64,000 nucleotides of DNA from Octopus vulgaris (GCA_951406725.2 OX597814.1:23188001-23252000), one strand, 5' to 3'; shown: positions 1 through 14,062, counted from the stretch's first letter. Notes: generated from the sequence alone by a model not told the origin. Made by a program: numbers and translations.

Positions 1-520
1 GCAAGGATATAAATGTCCATCAGTAAAGATAAAAATCATACAAAATACTTACATTTAAACTGATAGAAATTATTCTGTAGAGGCAAGACCAAAGCTAATG
101 TTTAGCTATGAGAGAAGAAAAAGAAGAGAGAGAGAAAGACAGAGAGAGATAGGGACAGCCAAATAAGATAGCAGCTGCAAGTGATAGTTAAGAAAGGGTG
201 AGGAAATCGTGAATTCTCTAAAATTGCCAAAATATAGCTCACAGACTAACAGTCTCTAGCTAAAATAACACATGGCAACATAGAAAATAGTCATGTATTC
301 TATTTATCTTGGCCAAAAATGACTGAGCGGGAAACTGGCTAAAATGATATATGTGGCAAAACAGTGGAACTAAACTTGTCTCCATAAGGCCACTACAATG
401 TATCCGCAAATATAAAATTTCTACCTATGAAATTTTGGAAATTGAAATCATTTGTTTTAAACACCAGTTGGACGAAAACTTTTTAAATAATTGTTTCTTT
501 TTCAAAATTATATCAAATAG

Positions 521-963
521 TGCCGGTGGCACACAAGAAAACCATCCGAACGTGGCCGTAGCCAGTACCGCATCGACTGGCCTCCGTGCTGTGGGCACGT
601 AACAAACACCATCCGATCGTGGCCATTCGCCAGCCTCATCTGGCACCTCTGTTGGTGGCACATAAAAACACCATCCGAGCGTGGCTGTCTGCCAGCCCCG
701 TCTGGCACCTGTGTCGGTGACACATAAAAAACACCATCTGAGCATGGCCGTTCGCCAGCCTCGTCTGGCACCTGTGTCAGTGGCACATAAAATCACCCAC
801 TACACTCTCGGAGTGGTTGGCGTTAGGAAGGGCATCCAGCTGTAGAAACACTGCCAGATCTGACTGGCCTGGTGCAGCCTTCGGGCTCCCCAGACCCCAG
901 TTGAACCGTCCAACCCATGCTAGCATGGAAAGTGGACGTTAAATGATGATGATGATGATGATG
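521..963 (+). mobile_element. RTE-type LINE 3' end: ~62-bp hairpin-unit array + conserved tail + (GAT)n
   Basis: About 4.5 tandem units (gtggcac.taaaa.caccatccg.gcgtggcc..gccag..ctggc), then gagtggttggcgttaggaagggcatccagctgtagaaac...aacccatgctagcatggaa...(gat)n. The same module directly follows an RTE ORF at 41870-42863. Confidence 0.8.
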
Positions 964-1194
964 TTTTCTTCAATTTTATGTCTAATTTTCTTGTTTAAGA
1001 AGTGAACATGTGCAAAATATTGATATTCATATCTAATCTTACATGAATATTTTGTCAATGCTCAAAGTACTGCATCAAAACAGTGTAAGGATAGTTGTTT
1101 TATGTAGATAGCCTAATGATATGACTTGTTATACTGTACAAGAAAACAGTTGCTCTCATTCATACATTTTTACATGTTTTACCACGCTAGCATT

Positions 1195-1606
1195 CTTTTA
1201 TTCTTTTACTCTTTTACTTGTTTCAGTCATTAGACTGCGGCCATGCTGGAACACCACCTTTAGTCGAGCAAATCGTCCCCAGGACTTATTCTTTGGAAGC
1301 CTAGTACATATTCTATCGGTTCTCTTGCCAAACTGCTAAGTGACGGGGACGTAAACACACCAGCATCGGTTGTCAAGCGATGTTGGGGGGGACAAACACA
1401 GACACACAAACAAACATACACACATATATATATCTATATACGATGGGCCTCTTTCAGTTTCCGTCTACCAAATCCACTCACAAGGCTTTGGTCGGCCCGA
1501 GGCTATAGTAGAAGACACTTGCCCAAGGTACCGTGCAGTTGGACTGGACCAAGAACCATGTGGTTGGTAAGCAAGCTACTTACCACACAGCCACTCCTGC
1601 ACCTAT
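1195..1606 (-). mobile_element. tRNA-derived SINE, family A (full length)
   Basis: Reverse complement of the element at 29791-30472: tRNA-like head, caccttgggcaagtgtcttc, internal TA/TG tract, gctccagcatggccgcagtc..tgactgaaac tail. Confidence 0.9.
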
Positions 1607-1936
1607 GGGTAAGAAAATATATTATTGAGGCATCGATTTATAGCTGGACGGTCCTCTTGTTGCTAACTCTTACTTGTTCTTCAAATAAGGGATCTCTTAT
1701 TTTACATCTCTTCAAAGGCTGAAAGCCAGTAAATAGTTTGTTTATGGGAAAATGACAATGACATCACTGATTGCAGCTCAGTGATTTTCATAGAAGAGCA
1801 ATGTTAACAAACATGCAGCAATCATGTACATGCATGCACAAATGTACATGCACACACACGTATGTGCATGTGCATACATACACACATGCATGCATGTGTA
1901 CGTGCACACACACAAAACACAAATATATATATATAT

Positions 1937-2340
1937 GGTAAGTAGCTTGCTTACTAACCACACGGTTCTGGGTTCAGTTCCATGGCATGGCACCTTGGGC
2001 AAGTGTCTTCTATAGCCTCAGGCCAACCTAACCTTGTGAGTGGATTTGGAAGATGGAAACTGAAAGAAGCCTGTCATAAATATATATGTGTGGGGGTGTG
2101 TGGGGGGTGAGAGAGAGAGAGAGAGAGTGTGTATGTTTGTGCGTTTGTGTTTGTCCCCCCATCATTGCTTGACAACCAATGTGTGTGTGCTTACATCCCT
2201 GTAACTTAGCGGTTTGGAAAAAAAAGACCAATAGAATAAGTACTAGGCTTACAAAGAATAAGTCCTGGGGTCGATTTGCTCGACTAAAGGTGGTGCTCTA
2301 GCATGGCCACAGTCAAATGACTGAAACAAATAAAAGAATA
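1937..2340 (+). mobile_element. SINE family A, 5'-truncated
   Basis: Colinear with the other family A copies from ggtaagtagcttgc to gactgaaacaaataaaagaata. Confidence 0.88.
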
Positions 2341-2609
2341 TATATACCATTGGCTTCTCTCAATTTCTGCCTTTTAAATATACTCACATGGCTTTGGTTG
2401 TCCAGGAATATTACAAGGCATTAACTTACTCAATGTACAACACCATGAGACTGAATCCAAAAATATATCATTAGGTAGCCACTTTTCTAACTCCACTGAC
2501 ATATCATCTTATGCCATTGACCAAAGTTGTGGTATTTACATTAAGATTCTAAGAACAAATATTGCTTGCTAAGGAAAGAAAGATGAGCTTTCCTGATATT
2601 AAGAGAGAC

Positions 2610-3011
2610 GGCAGAATCGTTAGCACGCCGGGCAAAATGCTTAGCATTATTTCGTCTGCCACTACATTCTGAGTTCGAATTCCACCAACATCGACTTTGC
2701 CTTTCATCCGTTCTGGGTCGATAATTTAAGTACCAGTTACGCACTGGTGTCGATGTAATAGACTTAATCTGTTTGTCTGACCTTGTTTGTCCTCTCTGTG
2801 TTTAGCCCCTTGTGGGTAGTAAAGAAATAGGTATTTCATCTGCCGCTACGTTCTGAGTTCAAATTCCGCCAAGGTCGACTTTGCCTTTCATCCTTTCGGG
2901 GTCGATAAATTAAGTACCAGTTACACACTGGGGTCGATGTATTCGACTTAATCTCTTTGTCTGTCCTTGTTTGTCCCCTCTATGTTTAGCCCCTTGTGGG
3001 CAATAAGGAAA
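2610..3011 (+). mobile_element. SINE family B head-to-tail dimer with a single TSD
   Basis: Two units of ...ttctgagttcaaattcc..gtcgactttgcctttcatcc..gtcgataa..agtaccag..tttagccccttgtggg. TSD taagagagac at 2600-2609 and 3012-3021. Confidence 0.88.
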
Positions 3012-4650
3012 TAAGAGAGACACAAGGCAAATTTTTGTGAGGGAAATGTGCTGCTTGTGAGTCACTCACTGAGGAGCACAGCTTTAAATTACCATTATTA
3101 GCAGGAACAAATTTCAAGAGCTACAATTATGATCAGAAAACCACTTGCTCATATAGCATAATTTACAATTATTTTAATTTAGCATTTAGAAAATGGTATT
3201 ATGGTATAACAAACATTAGGCCTGTTACTTTTCCTATACTTTAAAATTTATTTAAAAGAAAAGGATAATAATAACACCATTTATTTTTTAATTCCAAGAT
3301 ATTATCTTTATACTTCATTTATTATTTTTTAATGCAGAAACAAATTTTAAAGTCTAAATAGACATTCAGTAATTTTTTGCATCAAATTATAATTTCATGC
3401 TATACAGTGGCTATAGCTGCAAAATGTTTGAAGAATTTTAAATCTAATTATGAAGAATTAAGACAAAATATAGTTTTCATAGATAATCAGCATAATTTAA
3501 TTATGATAAGCAAGCATTTTCAGTAAAAACGTTCATAAAATAGATTAACATTTGTTATTGTGCTTTAACGAACATATCACTGCTAGTCTGCTATTTCTAG
3601 TATGTTCATAATTCCCAAAGCATTTCAAATAAGTCTTATGATTAAAAAATATAGTTTTGCTTTATTAAGAAATTACCCAAGGGTTATTAAAGTAGTTATT
3701 GTTAACATATATTACACAGTCTTGATTTCCACTGAGAGATCTGTGATACATGCAAACAATAAAAAGCAGTATAAATATTGTCTTAGATAACCATATTAGT
3801 TTAATTTCAAACGATCACTTTGTACACATATGTTTTGATGGTTGTCTATGCATTCTGAAACCTGGCAATTATAGACAAGTTTGAAGAAGTCACTAGCACT
3901 ATAAGATTTTAGTTTATTTTTGTCACAATAGTTGAAGTCAAACTAGAGTATCAGTTTTAATGAAAGCAGACAGGTTTTCTGACATACTTTCTTTCATATC
4001 ATTTGAAACAATAAGTTTGCCATGTTAGAATTTTGCTGTGAGTTATAAAAGAAACAACACCTTGCTGATTCCAGACTTTGAAGTTTCTTTTATTAATAAA
4101 ATGAGCACATATAAAGTTTGACAAGATGCAGAGGAATGTAATAACTTGTGTAAGACTCTAGTGGGCAGCAACAGCTAAATAGTATCATTAGAACAAATAA
4201 CATTATTTTGGATTATAAGTTCATTCCAATTCTTATAATTTTAGAAAGTTTTGATAATTGTATTGCCCTAAAATACTCTTCAGTAGTAATATACAAGGAC
4301 CAGTTTCTATTTTCTATAACATGGTTGCAAATCTAATCAAAGGTAAAATATGATAATATTTCAAAATGTTCTACATAAAAATAGGCCTTTTGATGGCAAA
4401 ACCTAAACTTTTTATCAGTGCAAGTAACTAATAAACATTTGTGGGAAAATTGAAAAATATTTTCTTTTCAAATTTTAGTTTAAGTAATATTTTCTGTCTC
4501 TTAATTCAACAGATTCTCATGCATGTTGTGCTCTACTTTAATTTCCTATACATCATCCTTGCTCTGCATTTTGTTTTGTCACAAATTTTGGTTTCCTCTT
4601 GTTCTGGTATTGTTACTTTTATAATCTTAATTCTTCATACTGTTATTAGC

Positions 4651-4795
4651 TTCTTCTTCAACTCCTCCTACTACTACCACTGCTGCTGCAACTACTACTA
4701 CTACTACTACTGTCACTGCCGCAGCCACCACCACTGCCAATGTCACCACCACTGCCAACGCCACCACCACTGCCAACGCCACCATCACTACCACT
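4651..4795. repeat. Compound trinucleotide microsatellite (CTT/CTA/CTG/CCA)
   Basis: Read directly from the sequence. Confidence 0.9.
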
Positions 4796-5329
4796 TGTTG
4801 TTCATGTAAATCTTGATTTCTCTGCTATATGAATTATGCATCATTTATGTGATATTATATTATATCTCCCAGAATTTTCATCAATTAAAATATGGTGCTC
4901 CTTCATTTTGTGATTAAGAAAATAAATAAAACTACATAATTAAAGTATGAATAAGGTAATATGTCCATGACAGACTGAAAGAGAAAGTCGAAAATGCATG
5001 AAGGGAAGAGAATATAAGAACAGACATATGATAACTGCAAAAATTAAAGAAATTTCAGAATACAAAATGCGTATCAAGTTTATATAATTTTCTAATCCCA
5101 TACATTTTTCAGTGGTAAATTATAACACCATAGGAATTTAATTGAATTATTTAGAAGCTGTGAGATTTGCATATTGCATAAAGAGGTATGCATCAATATT
5201 CATGACTTATCTTACTGTTTTTGTCCAATATATATTCCTAGCTAAGATTTAAGTGTTGTCTTGATTTAATACTATATGATTATGCACTGAAGGTAATCAA
5301 TAATATATTATTATATGTATGGTTACATT

Positions 5330-5724
5330 TACACACATACTCTGTGTGTGTAACTACATATATATATATATGTACAGAGAGAGAAGAGAGAGAAAGAGAG
5401 AGAGAGACAGACAAACAGATAAATAGATAAATAATATGCATATGTATGTGCATCACACACACGAATGCACACCTTCACATACACACATACACACATGCAC
5501 ACACACACACACATGAACACATACACATACACACACATACATACATGCATACATACATACATATATATATTTATATTGCCAGATCAGACTGGAGCCTGGT
5601 GCAGCCCCTGGCTTCCCAGACCCCGGTCGAACCGTCCAACCCGTGCTAGCGTGGAAAACGGATGTTAAACGATGATGATGATGATGATGATGATATATAT
5701 ATATTTATTTACACACATATATAT

Positions 5725-5800
<76 letters not shown>

Positions 5801-5855
5801 GGAGAGAGAGAGAGTGAGAGAGAGACAGAAAGAAAGGAAGACAGACAGATAGACG
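5330..5855. repeat. (TA)/(CA)/(GA) microsatellite zone containing a short RTE tail (about 5577-5692)
   Basis: Dinucleotide tracts, plus gccagatcagactggagcc...aacccgtgctagcgtggaaaacggatgttaaac(gat)n. Confidence 0.85.
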
Positions 5856-6261
5856 GATGCAAGCTTAGTAGTGTTAGTTAAGAAGTTTGTTTCACAATCT
5901 TGAGTTCCATGGTTCAGTTCCTTTGCATGACATTGAGAACAATTGTCTTTCACCATAACTTTGAGTAGAATTCAGGTATTGGAAATTATGAAGTAGCCTG
6001 TTGAAAGGATTGTATCTGTAATTCAATGGTCTTGCCATGTAACAATTTCAATAATTCTCATTTGGCCTGCAACTGTCTGTGAAATATTTATTATGCACTA
6101 ATCTAATGAGTAGCTAGTTCACTTGATCAAACAACAGAATCCTCACTATTGAAAACAGGAAAAATCCATCATACACATATACACACATGCATGCACACAC
6201 ACAATACATATAATACATACATATATTTATATACTTGCACACACACACACACACACACACA

Positions 6262-6313
<52 letters not shown>

Positions 6314-6319
<6 letters not shown>

Positions 6320-6657
6320 CAAAATGGGACAAGAACACAAAACATGGTGATACAAAAATGGGACAACAAAACATCCCGACAGACGATACAAAGAAAACAG
6401 GGCATTCGAAGTTTTCTTTCCTCAGTCAAGCACGAGATTATCCTTGCAATTTTGGCTGATTCTACTCGAGATTGCGCCAATCTGGCCAGCCCCAAGGAAA
6501 AATTAAGCTAAGAGCATTAGATTCCTTGGAAGAAAGCAGCAAATGTATACAAAAACAAGGATGGAAAAAAAACGGACGTTGCACAAATACAATAAATATA
6601 ATAACAGGACATAGCAACAGGTGCCTTTCGACTAAGGACGAATTAAATTAAGCTGGC
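6314..6657. mobile_element. ~345-bp non-coding insertion within a (TA)n tract
   Basis: CpG-richer block flanked on both sides by (TA)n, with an internal duplication tacaaaatgggacaa..caaaacat. Family not identified. Confidence 0.5.
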
Positions 6658-6907
6658 ATATATATATATATATATATATAATGTAAACTTTAAATTTAGA
6701 CATATCGGACTGAAAATATAACTAATGCTTGAATTACAGTATTTTATCAAGGAATATTTATATATCAGTGTGAGGGATTTCCATGATCCATTTACTGGTT
6801 CTAAATGATGTTACTGGTCACTCAGGTTTGAGTGAGCAGACCTATGATTGAAAGCATTCTACTCATAGATATTCTATCGTTTAGGCATTATTTATCTCAA
6901 AGTCAGT

Positions 6908-7110
6908 GAACTGGCAGAATTATTAGCACACCAAACAAGATGCTCAGTAACATTTCCTTCGCCTTCACATTCTGAGTTCAAATTCCGCCAATGACAAATT
7001 TGCCTTTCATCGTTTCAGAGCCAGTAAGTACCATTTGAGCACAGGGGTCTGTTTAATCGATTATTTCCCTACCTACTAAATTTCAGGCTTTGTGCTTTAG
7101 TAGAAATGAT
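6908..7110 (+). mobile_element. Older SINE family B variant
   Basis: ctggcagaattattagcac..ttctgagttcaaattccgcc..gcctttcatc with a different 3' tail (aaatttcaggctttgtgc). Confidence 0.7.
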
Positions 7111-8279
7111 TATTTATCAGAGACTTAATTATCCAAAATATTGTTCCTTTTATTTATTTATTCATTTATTTTTTGTTTTGAAAAAAGGAAAGCAAAGTAT
7201 AATTTTAGATTTGTTTGCTATTTCTAAAATTTAAACCAACCACAAAGAAGCTCCTTCATTGACTCATCTGAAGAAACTGGTAGTAATGTGTCACACCTGT
7301 TTTATGCAGTTGATTCATTCAACCGCATCATGTTAGTAATTGAAATTCCTATAAAATTAACTAACGTATGCAATTAATTGAATTTACATAGTTTGTGATA
7401 AGATATGCAATTTCAGTACACAATCAATTGTAAGATATTGTGGCTATATTCCACATGGATAAATTATAGAATAAATCAGCAATAAAGAATGTTTTACTTA
7501 CAATGCAGTTTGTGTAATTTTTATTTTAAAATTATGAAGAAATATTAGTTTGTAGATGCAAAAAATAATATTAGTTTCATATATTGGAAAATGGTCATAG
7601 ATAATTTCAAATTATATATTTAATCGATTTACAACAATTTCATTCAACAAAAGACAAGAAAAAAACAAATAAATTAATTATTGCTTATATTTTCTGGGGG
7701 GAATATATTGTTTCATTTGTTGAAGTATTCATGTTTTAATCCATTTCCAATATGAGATTCAGCAAATAAGGAATTAAAATAACAAATTTGTAATTTATAC
7801 AACTAAACAATATTTTAGTATCACTATGGTATCTGACTGATACATACCATGATCTTGGACTTCGATTTTTAGCTGCTACTGATTGCTATAAGTTTTCAAT
7901 GGCATAAAACCTGTCAATATTTTCAGTTGTTTGCTTCTAAGAATATTGCTTACTATCAGCATAAAGAGCCTAGTCTTATTCCTTGAAACAAATAGTATCG
8001 CAATTTTAACCATTCCCATCATTATCCTGTCTTCAATACCCTTGAAATTGTTCTTCTCTTGTCATAGTAAGAAGAAATACTGCAGCTTCCATTTCTGAAG
8101 CAAAGGTCATATCACAGCTGTAAAATTAACTCTCTGGAACAGAACTAGTGAAAGTGGAAGTCTTAAGAATATTCCATGACGTTTTTGATTTGATAAATAA
8201 TATCCAATAATGTGATTTTCAATTGATAATTTGCTTTTATTCCTGGAAAATTGTCAATGACAAGAATTTCAAAACTTAT

Positions 8280-8620
8280 CCAATTCTTTTGTTCTATGGT
8301 TGTATTCCCAATGTTGTGTTTGTTGGGAGAATCATTAATTTGACTAGTTTAACTTTTGCTATTGCTGGGTGGACAGTGCAGTTGTAAACAAGCATTATGA
8401 CTTTTCTTTTCCTCTGAATCATCTCCCTGTGGAATTATCCCAGCCATGTAATAAATACCTTCTAAGCCCAAGCATTATTGCTTTTTATAAATCATGGAAT
8501 AATTTTCCAATGGAAGCTTCTGAGTTCATTATTCTTCTATATTCCTAGTATTTTCCTTTTATCGCACCTAGGCATGTTAGGAACCCTCATAATTTTACCT
8601 ATCTTTGCAATTTTGACATC
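8280..8620 (-). pseudogene. Tigger/pogo-family DDE transposase relic
   Basis: Minus-strand translation IKSNNAWA*KVFITWLG*FHREMIQRKRKVIMLVYNCTVHPAIAKVKLVKLMILPTNTTLGIQP* matches pogo motifs (N.KAWM, RK.LL..DNC..HP, FLPPNTT..LQP). Contains stops. Confidence 0.75.
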
Positions 8621-9149
8621 TGCTTTTCTTTTCAATTTTTAGGGGCAGAGTATCACAAAGAATAAGCTATATAGGAAAGTTCTGCTGTCTGCAGTGTAAA
8701 TTCCAACAGTGCTGTAGGTTAATAGAATCTCAGATATTACAGTGCGAGCTTAGCAATCACCACTGCTAAAAATGAACTAATTACAGAATGTAAGCTTATT
8801 CTAGACAATATTAACTTGGAAATTAAACAACTAAGTAGAACCAGCAGCAACTACTGCAAGTATTTAGTAGAAGATATTGCAGTAGCCTTGATGCCAGAAG
8901 CTGATAAGGTTGTTGTTCTAATCCCATTCGCAGTAGCACTCATTTTTTGTTTTATGATGCTTGGAAGGAAAAAGAAGTTGGACAATTATAGAAAACCGTT
9001 GCAGAAGAAAGAAGTAATGGAAGAAGAAAGATGAACCTGACCAGAATGCATGTAGGATGCTGAGAGAGGAACTTACTTTCACAGAAGTACTCAACTGGAC
9101 AATGATCCATGAGAATAACACTGAATTGATTCACTTAATATTTGACTGG

Positions 9150-9630
9150 GAGGAAAATAAACAAATGCAAATGGAGTAAGGTTGAGCATGAATGTCAGGA
9201 GCATTTGTCTGATGGGGAAGATTATTTTAGCAAAGACTATGTTAGCAGTCTAAAATTTTTAAACATTCAGTTGCATAGTATACTTAAAATTAGATGGCCC
9301 GAACACATAAGCAATATGGAGCTATAGCAAAGAACAAATGAAGCTTTGATTAGGGAGCAAATATTTAAGAAAAATTGGAAGTGGATTGGTAGCACAATTA
9401 GAAAAGACATACCAAATGTAGTGAAAAGTGCTTTACAGTGGAATCCTGATGGATATAGAAGGAGAGGTAGGTCTAAGAAATCATGGCAGAGATCAAAACA
9501 AAAGGAACTAGAGAAAGGGGAACATTCATGGCAGAGTATATGTACAGAAGCCAAAAATTATGCGACGTGGAATTCAACTATAAGTGGCCTATACTCCACG
9601 TTGGAGGGTTAAAGGCATAAAGAAGAAGAT
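9150..9630 (+). mobile_element. RTE-clade LINE ORF C-terminus
   Basis: ILKIRWPEHISNMEL..WKWIGSTIRK..ALQWNPDGYRRRGRSKKSW is a typical RTE C-terminal motif. Ends in an (aag)n-like tail. Confidence 0.85.
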
Positions 9631-9904
9631 GCCAGGCCCTTTATTTCTTTTATATCATTATCTATTTAATTTGTGTTTTTAATTCATATCAAATTTTTAC
9701 CATGTTTAATTATTTATTGCACATTGATGTTTCTAACTCACCTGTCATTTTTATATTACTTTGTTTTGTTCATCCCCTATGTATATATTTTTGTTATTGT
9801 GTGTATGAATGTGTCTTTTGTGGCAAACAAAGGAGACAGAATTTTTTTCCGAAGTTTGAAATCATTATTATTTTGCTATTATTGTTATTATTTCTTTTTA
9901 TTTT

Positions 9905-10711
9905 AGGTTTTGTTGTAACTCCTGGATTCTTGCATGTGTAGCAGGCTTGCTGCTTGCAGCCTACGGTACCATGCTATCGATTCTTTTGAACTATCTAATA
10001 CTTTCCTGATTATTTTGACCATGCCAAGGAGGCAAACCTTTTGTAACAGTTCTACTGACTGAACACTCTATTTTGATTTCTTTTACATTCCTCTTGATGC
10101 CTTCTGATACTGTCCCCCAGGACCAGCAGTAATTGGCACTATCTTTACCTTCTTCATTTTCCATAGCAAGGCTATTTCATACTTAAGAGGGTTGTATCTA
10201 TCCATTTTTCACCTTCATTCTTACTATTCATGGGTAAAAGGGGCATGCAACATCAACTATATAGCATATGTGATGCACTGTGTCCACCACCACTAGGTTT
10301 AGTCTGTTATGCTCAAGCACCTGATCTATTTGGACTGGGAAATCCCACAGGGTTTTGTAAGTCTCTGATACTGCTACTCTGTTGTTTGTGCTCATATTAT
10401 GTTTTGCCTCAGTCTAGCCCCTATTTTTTGCACAGTTTCCAATGTAGCACTTTCACTACCTTATTGTGTCGCCACAACTTGTAGTGGTTTTGGGTAAGTC
10501 TAGGGCATTCATTCATGATATGGGCAATGATTTCGTCCACTCTGTTACAAATGCAGCACAGTGGAGACACTTGCTCATTCCTAAGGCTAACCTTCCAGTT
10601 CATGGCCAAAGCTTGGTCTTGCACTGCCAGTATAGTGCTCTTGGTCTCTTTTTCCAGTGTTCCTTTCTTCAGTCAATCCCACTTATGCTTTCCAGCAGCT
10701 TCTGTTGTGGC
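9905..10711 (-). mobile_element. R4/Dong-like (restriction-like endonuclease) LINE 3' fragment
   Basis: CCICNRVDEIIAHIMNECPRLTQNHYKLWRHNKV (CCHC + RHN), then KP.LVVVD-like and terminal LLG..KIIRKVLD motifs. Flanked by a TTA-rich tract and (CTA)n. Confidence 0.82.
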
Positions 10712-10716
10712 AGCTA

Positions 10717-10796
<80 letters not shown>

Positions 10797-10811
10797 GCTA
10801 CTACTACTACA

Positions 10812-10868
<57 letters not shown>

Positions 10869-10902
10869 GCTACTACTACCACCACCGCCACCACCACCGC
10901 TG

Positions 10903-10974
<72 letters not shown>

Positions 10975-11036
10975 TTATTATTATTATCCTCATCCTCATC
11001 ATCACCATGATCATGATCATGATCATCCTCATCAAC
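10712..11036. repeat. Long compound trinucleotide microsatellite (CTA/CTG/CCA/TTA/TCA)
   Basis: Read directly. Explains the poly-T/Y/L/V/S ORFs. Confidence 0.95.
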
Positions 11037-11344
11037 ATTATCTTGCAACGAAATGCCGCAAAATAATGATGATGTGGAAATAATGATGATATTTTGCTGC
11101 ATTTTGTCTGCCTTCTTCTGAGTTCAAATTCAGCTGATGTTGACTTTGCCATTCATCTTTACCAGGTTGATAAAATATGCACAAGTTGAGCACTGGGGTT
11201 GATGTAATCCACCTAACACCTCCCCAAAAACTGCTGGCCTTGTACCAAAATTTGAAATCATTATTATTATTGTTATAGTTATTATTATTGTTGTTATGAT
11301 TATTTATTGTGGTTGTCGTCATTATTAAGCTAGTACATGCTACT

Positions 11345-11980
11345 TTAATTAGCAAGAATTTTATCTTGAGGCTTAATGGCAAAATTCCTTCTCAAATCTC
11401 AAGAACCATTCTTAGGATTCTTACAGTAGATAGGATTGTACTTTTGTACATGTTAACAATGCAAATTTCAGTTCCCATGTCTTTTAGTCTCTTAGGTAGC
11501 ACTTTAGGAGTTGTGCCAAGTACACTAATTACCACCAAAATAGTTAACTTTGTCTTCCACAGTCTCTTCAGCTCTCTGACTAAATTCTGATATTTCTCAT
11601 TTTTTTTCCACCCAGTATCTTTAGTTCCAACTCTGCTATCATATAGAACTGCAAAATCTGTGAACTTACTGTTTATTTTGTCCTCTATAATCATATTAGG
11701 TTTACTTGCTTCACTTGTACAGCCAATTTTTATGGGGAAGTCCTGCAAGATCCTATAATTCTCATTTTCTGTCACAGCCTCTGGCTTGAGTTCATATCAC
11801 TTTTCTTTTATTTTGAAGCCTCACACTTAGCTAACATCTTATTTCTGATTTTTGATTCCCTCATTACATTGGATCATGAAGTCCCAAAATATCTTTGCTC
11901 TGTCATGTTTTATCACACTCTTTGGCTCATGTGCATACAATTTTCTCACATTTTCCAATCCAATTTGCGACAGCTCTGAA
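11345..11980 (-). mobile_element. R4/Dong-like LINE fragments (two pieces)
   Basis: ENENYRILQDFPI..KPNMIIEDK..EKYQNLVRELKRLW..RILRMVLEI, and a second piece HEPKSVIKHDRAKIFWDFMIQ at about 11850-11980. Confidence 0.8.
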
Positions 11981-12199
11981 AAGCACGTAGCTATATCAGC
12001 AGTTGAGCTGAAGGGGTGATCTGGGGCAACAGAATAGGAAAGAAGACAGTTACTTAGCTGTAAAACCTTCTGAAGAGAGTGAGAGTAGAGGACTCAGTAA
12101 AAGGAAGCTGGTATAAGTCCACATCAGAAAAGGAACTGTATGGTGTGACACAAGTAGTATAATGGTAGTTGTCATTCTGGAAGTAAAAAGAGGATGCAG

Positions 12200-13400
12200 C
12201 ATGGCTCAAGAAGGACAATCGCAATCAGATTAATATAGCTGAGCTAGATGCTATGCTTAAGGGCAGAAATTTGGTGCTAAAATGGGGATTGCACACTATT
12301 GAGATTTGAAGTGATTCAACCATGGTACATGGATGGGTAGGATAGGTGATTACCGACCCAAACAGAATGCAAATGAAAAGGGCCACAAAAATGATAGTCA
12401 AGCATTGCCTGTGAATCCAGAGTGCTGGAGTTTGTCCCAGGGGTTCTGGTAGTCGTTTTGCCATTGGAAAAAATAAAGCAGATGTTGTTCCCAGGCTTAA
12501 AAAACTTGGTTGGTGATGCCAGAGGATTCACAGAGTGGAATGAATGTGACATATTGGCTTAGGAGCTAGGAGCTGAAGACGCTGCACAGCATGCACCATA
12601 TGGGAGCAGGTAGGATATTGTTTTGATCTGCAAAGTTGACTCTGATATAATGAGAGAGAGGATCCAGAAGGAGGTCAGAATCTGAGATAGGTTTCCCTCC
12701 ATTAACCCACATAGTATGCATTATATGGGAAATATTCAAGCAGGAACAGACTAGCAACTGGCAACTGATGTGATCCATTACCAGAAAAGAATATACCTTG
12801 ATGATTAATCATTGACTAGGGAAGATGGTGATAAGGAGAAAAATCCAGATGGAGACTAGCTGAAATTGCAAGAGTGCTGCATGGGGTCCAGTGGACAAAC
12901 TATTAATGGACAACAGCACTGTGTTATATTCAGGGTTGTTGAAAGACATGTTTGACAGGTGGAAAGTCTGAGCTTCTTCAGAGTTGCTCATAGGCCAAGT
13001 AGAAATAGAATTGTGTAAAGACACCATCACACAATAAAGATCATGACTGAGAGGGGACAAATTTTCCTTGCTGAGGCAGCCTTCTGGTACATATCACCCA
13101 AGGCAGAACAAGCTGAGGAGTCAGTCCCACAAATTACAGTTTTCAGGTATGAGCGAAGACATCTAGAACAGTTCTGTAGCATTTCAAGGAAGAGAAAGGA
13201 GCTGCATTTGTTCAGATCAGTACATGACTTACTTGGGAAGAGGAAGGGTGATAAAAGGGTGTTCCAGAAACAACAAGTCAGTTGACAGAATGTTGCATTA
13301 TATGTATGTTGGAATGTCACCTCTAAATATTTGTAGCTCTTCCTCAGGTGATGAAGAACAAGAAGAAGGTGAGACCAACGACACAACCTTGTGAAGATTA
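12200..13400 (-). mobile_element. Highly decayed CR1/Jockey-group LINE ORF2 relic (endonuclease-RT linker)
   Basis: Scattered motifs SSACSA and FSNGKTT..NSSTLDSQ resemble the W/FSxACSAA and F..NSTLD linker motifs. Many stops. Confidence 0.4.
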
Positions 13401-13963
13401 CAATGGGAGTGACATCCACCTCTGTGGATGGATGACTTCAAACCAGAATGTGAGTGCCTGAAGGGATAATTAGATCATGGCATAGCGGGTCATGGGCCAA
13501 AGATGTTAAGCATGTGAAGGGAACAGCAAAAGGGATGGACTGGAAGTATAAAGGAAGGTGACATCAAGTGATGAAGAGAGAAATTGGAGAGGCCTGTTTT
13601 GGAGTGAGCAGGTCAGCTAGAACTAACATGAGATTGGAGTCTCTGTGTATTCTCACTTTCGGCCAGTGGTTGAGATAGAGGTTAGATGGAATGGGTGGGT
13701 TACTGAGTTGCATAACATGTCCAATTTGACAATAGAAGAGCTCTTCTCAGAGACTATGGTAAGAGAAATTTTATCCTGTATACTATACTATTATTATTAT
13801 AATAAAGGAATAATCTTCACTTACAATAAAAGTAGTTACATACTCTACTTGATTGTATTGATCGCTTTTACTTTATGGTTGTACATTGAAACACCCAAAC
13901 ACATAAAAAAGGGAGGAGTATATTTAGTGAGAGAAATGTAAACGTGTACATATATTTTACTTT

Positions 13964-14006
<43 letters not shown>

Positions 14007-14019
14007 CTATGTATGTTTG

Positions 14020-14062
<43 letters not shown>

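Noticed and set aside
53-105. Minus-strand exon with strong splice signals
   Set aside because: All three frames contain stops, and the pyrimidine tract is a (GA)n microsatellite.
521-800. CRISPR-like repeat/spacer appearance
   Set aside because: The variable parts are homologous to each other, the array is attached to an RTE LINE tail in several copies, and there are no cas genes.
10466-11152. Long ORFs on both strands (poly-T, Y, L, V, S)
   Set aside because: Artefact of a trinucleotide microsatellite.
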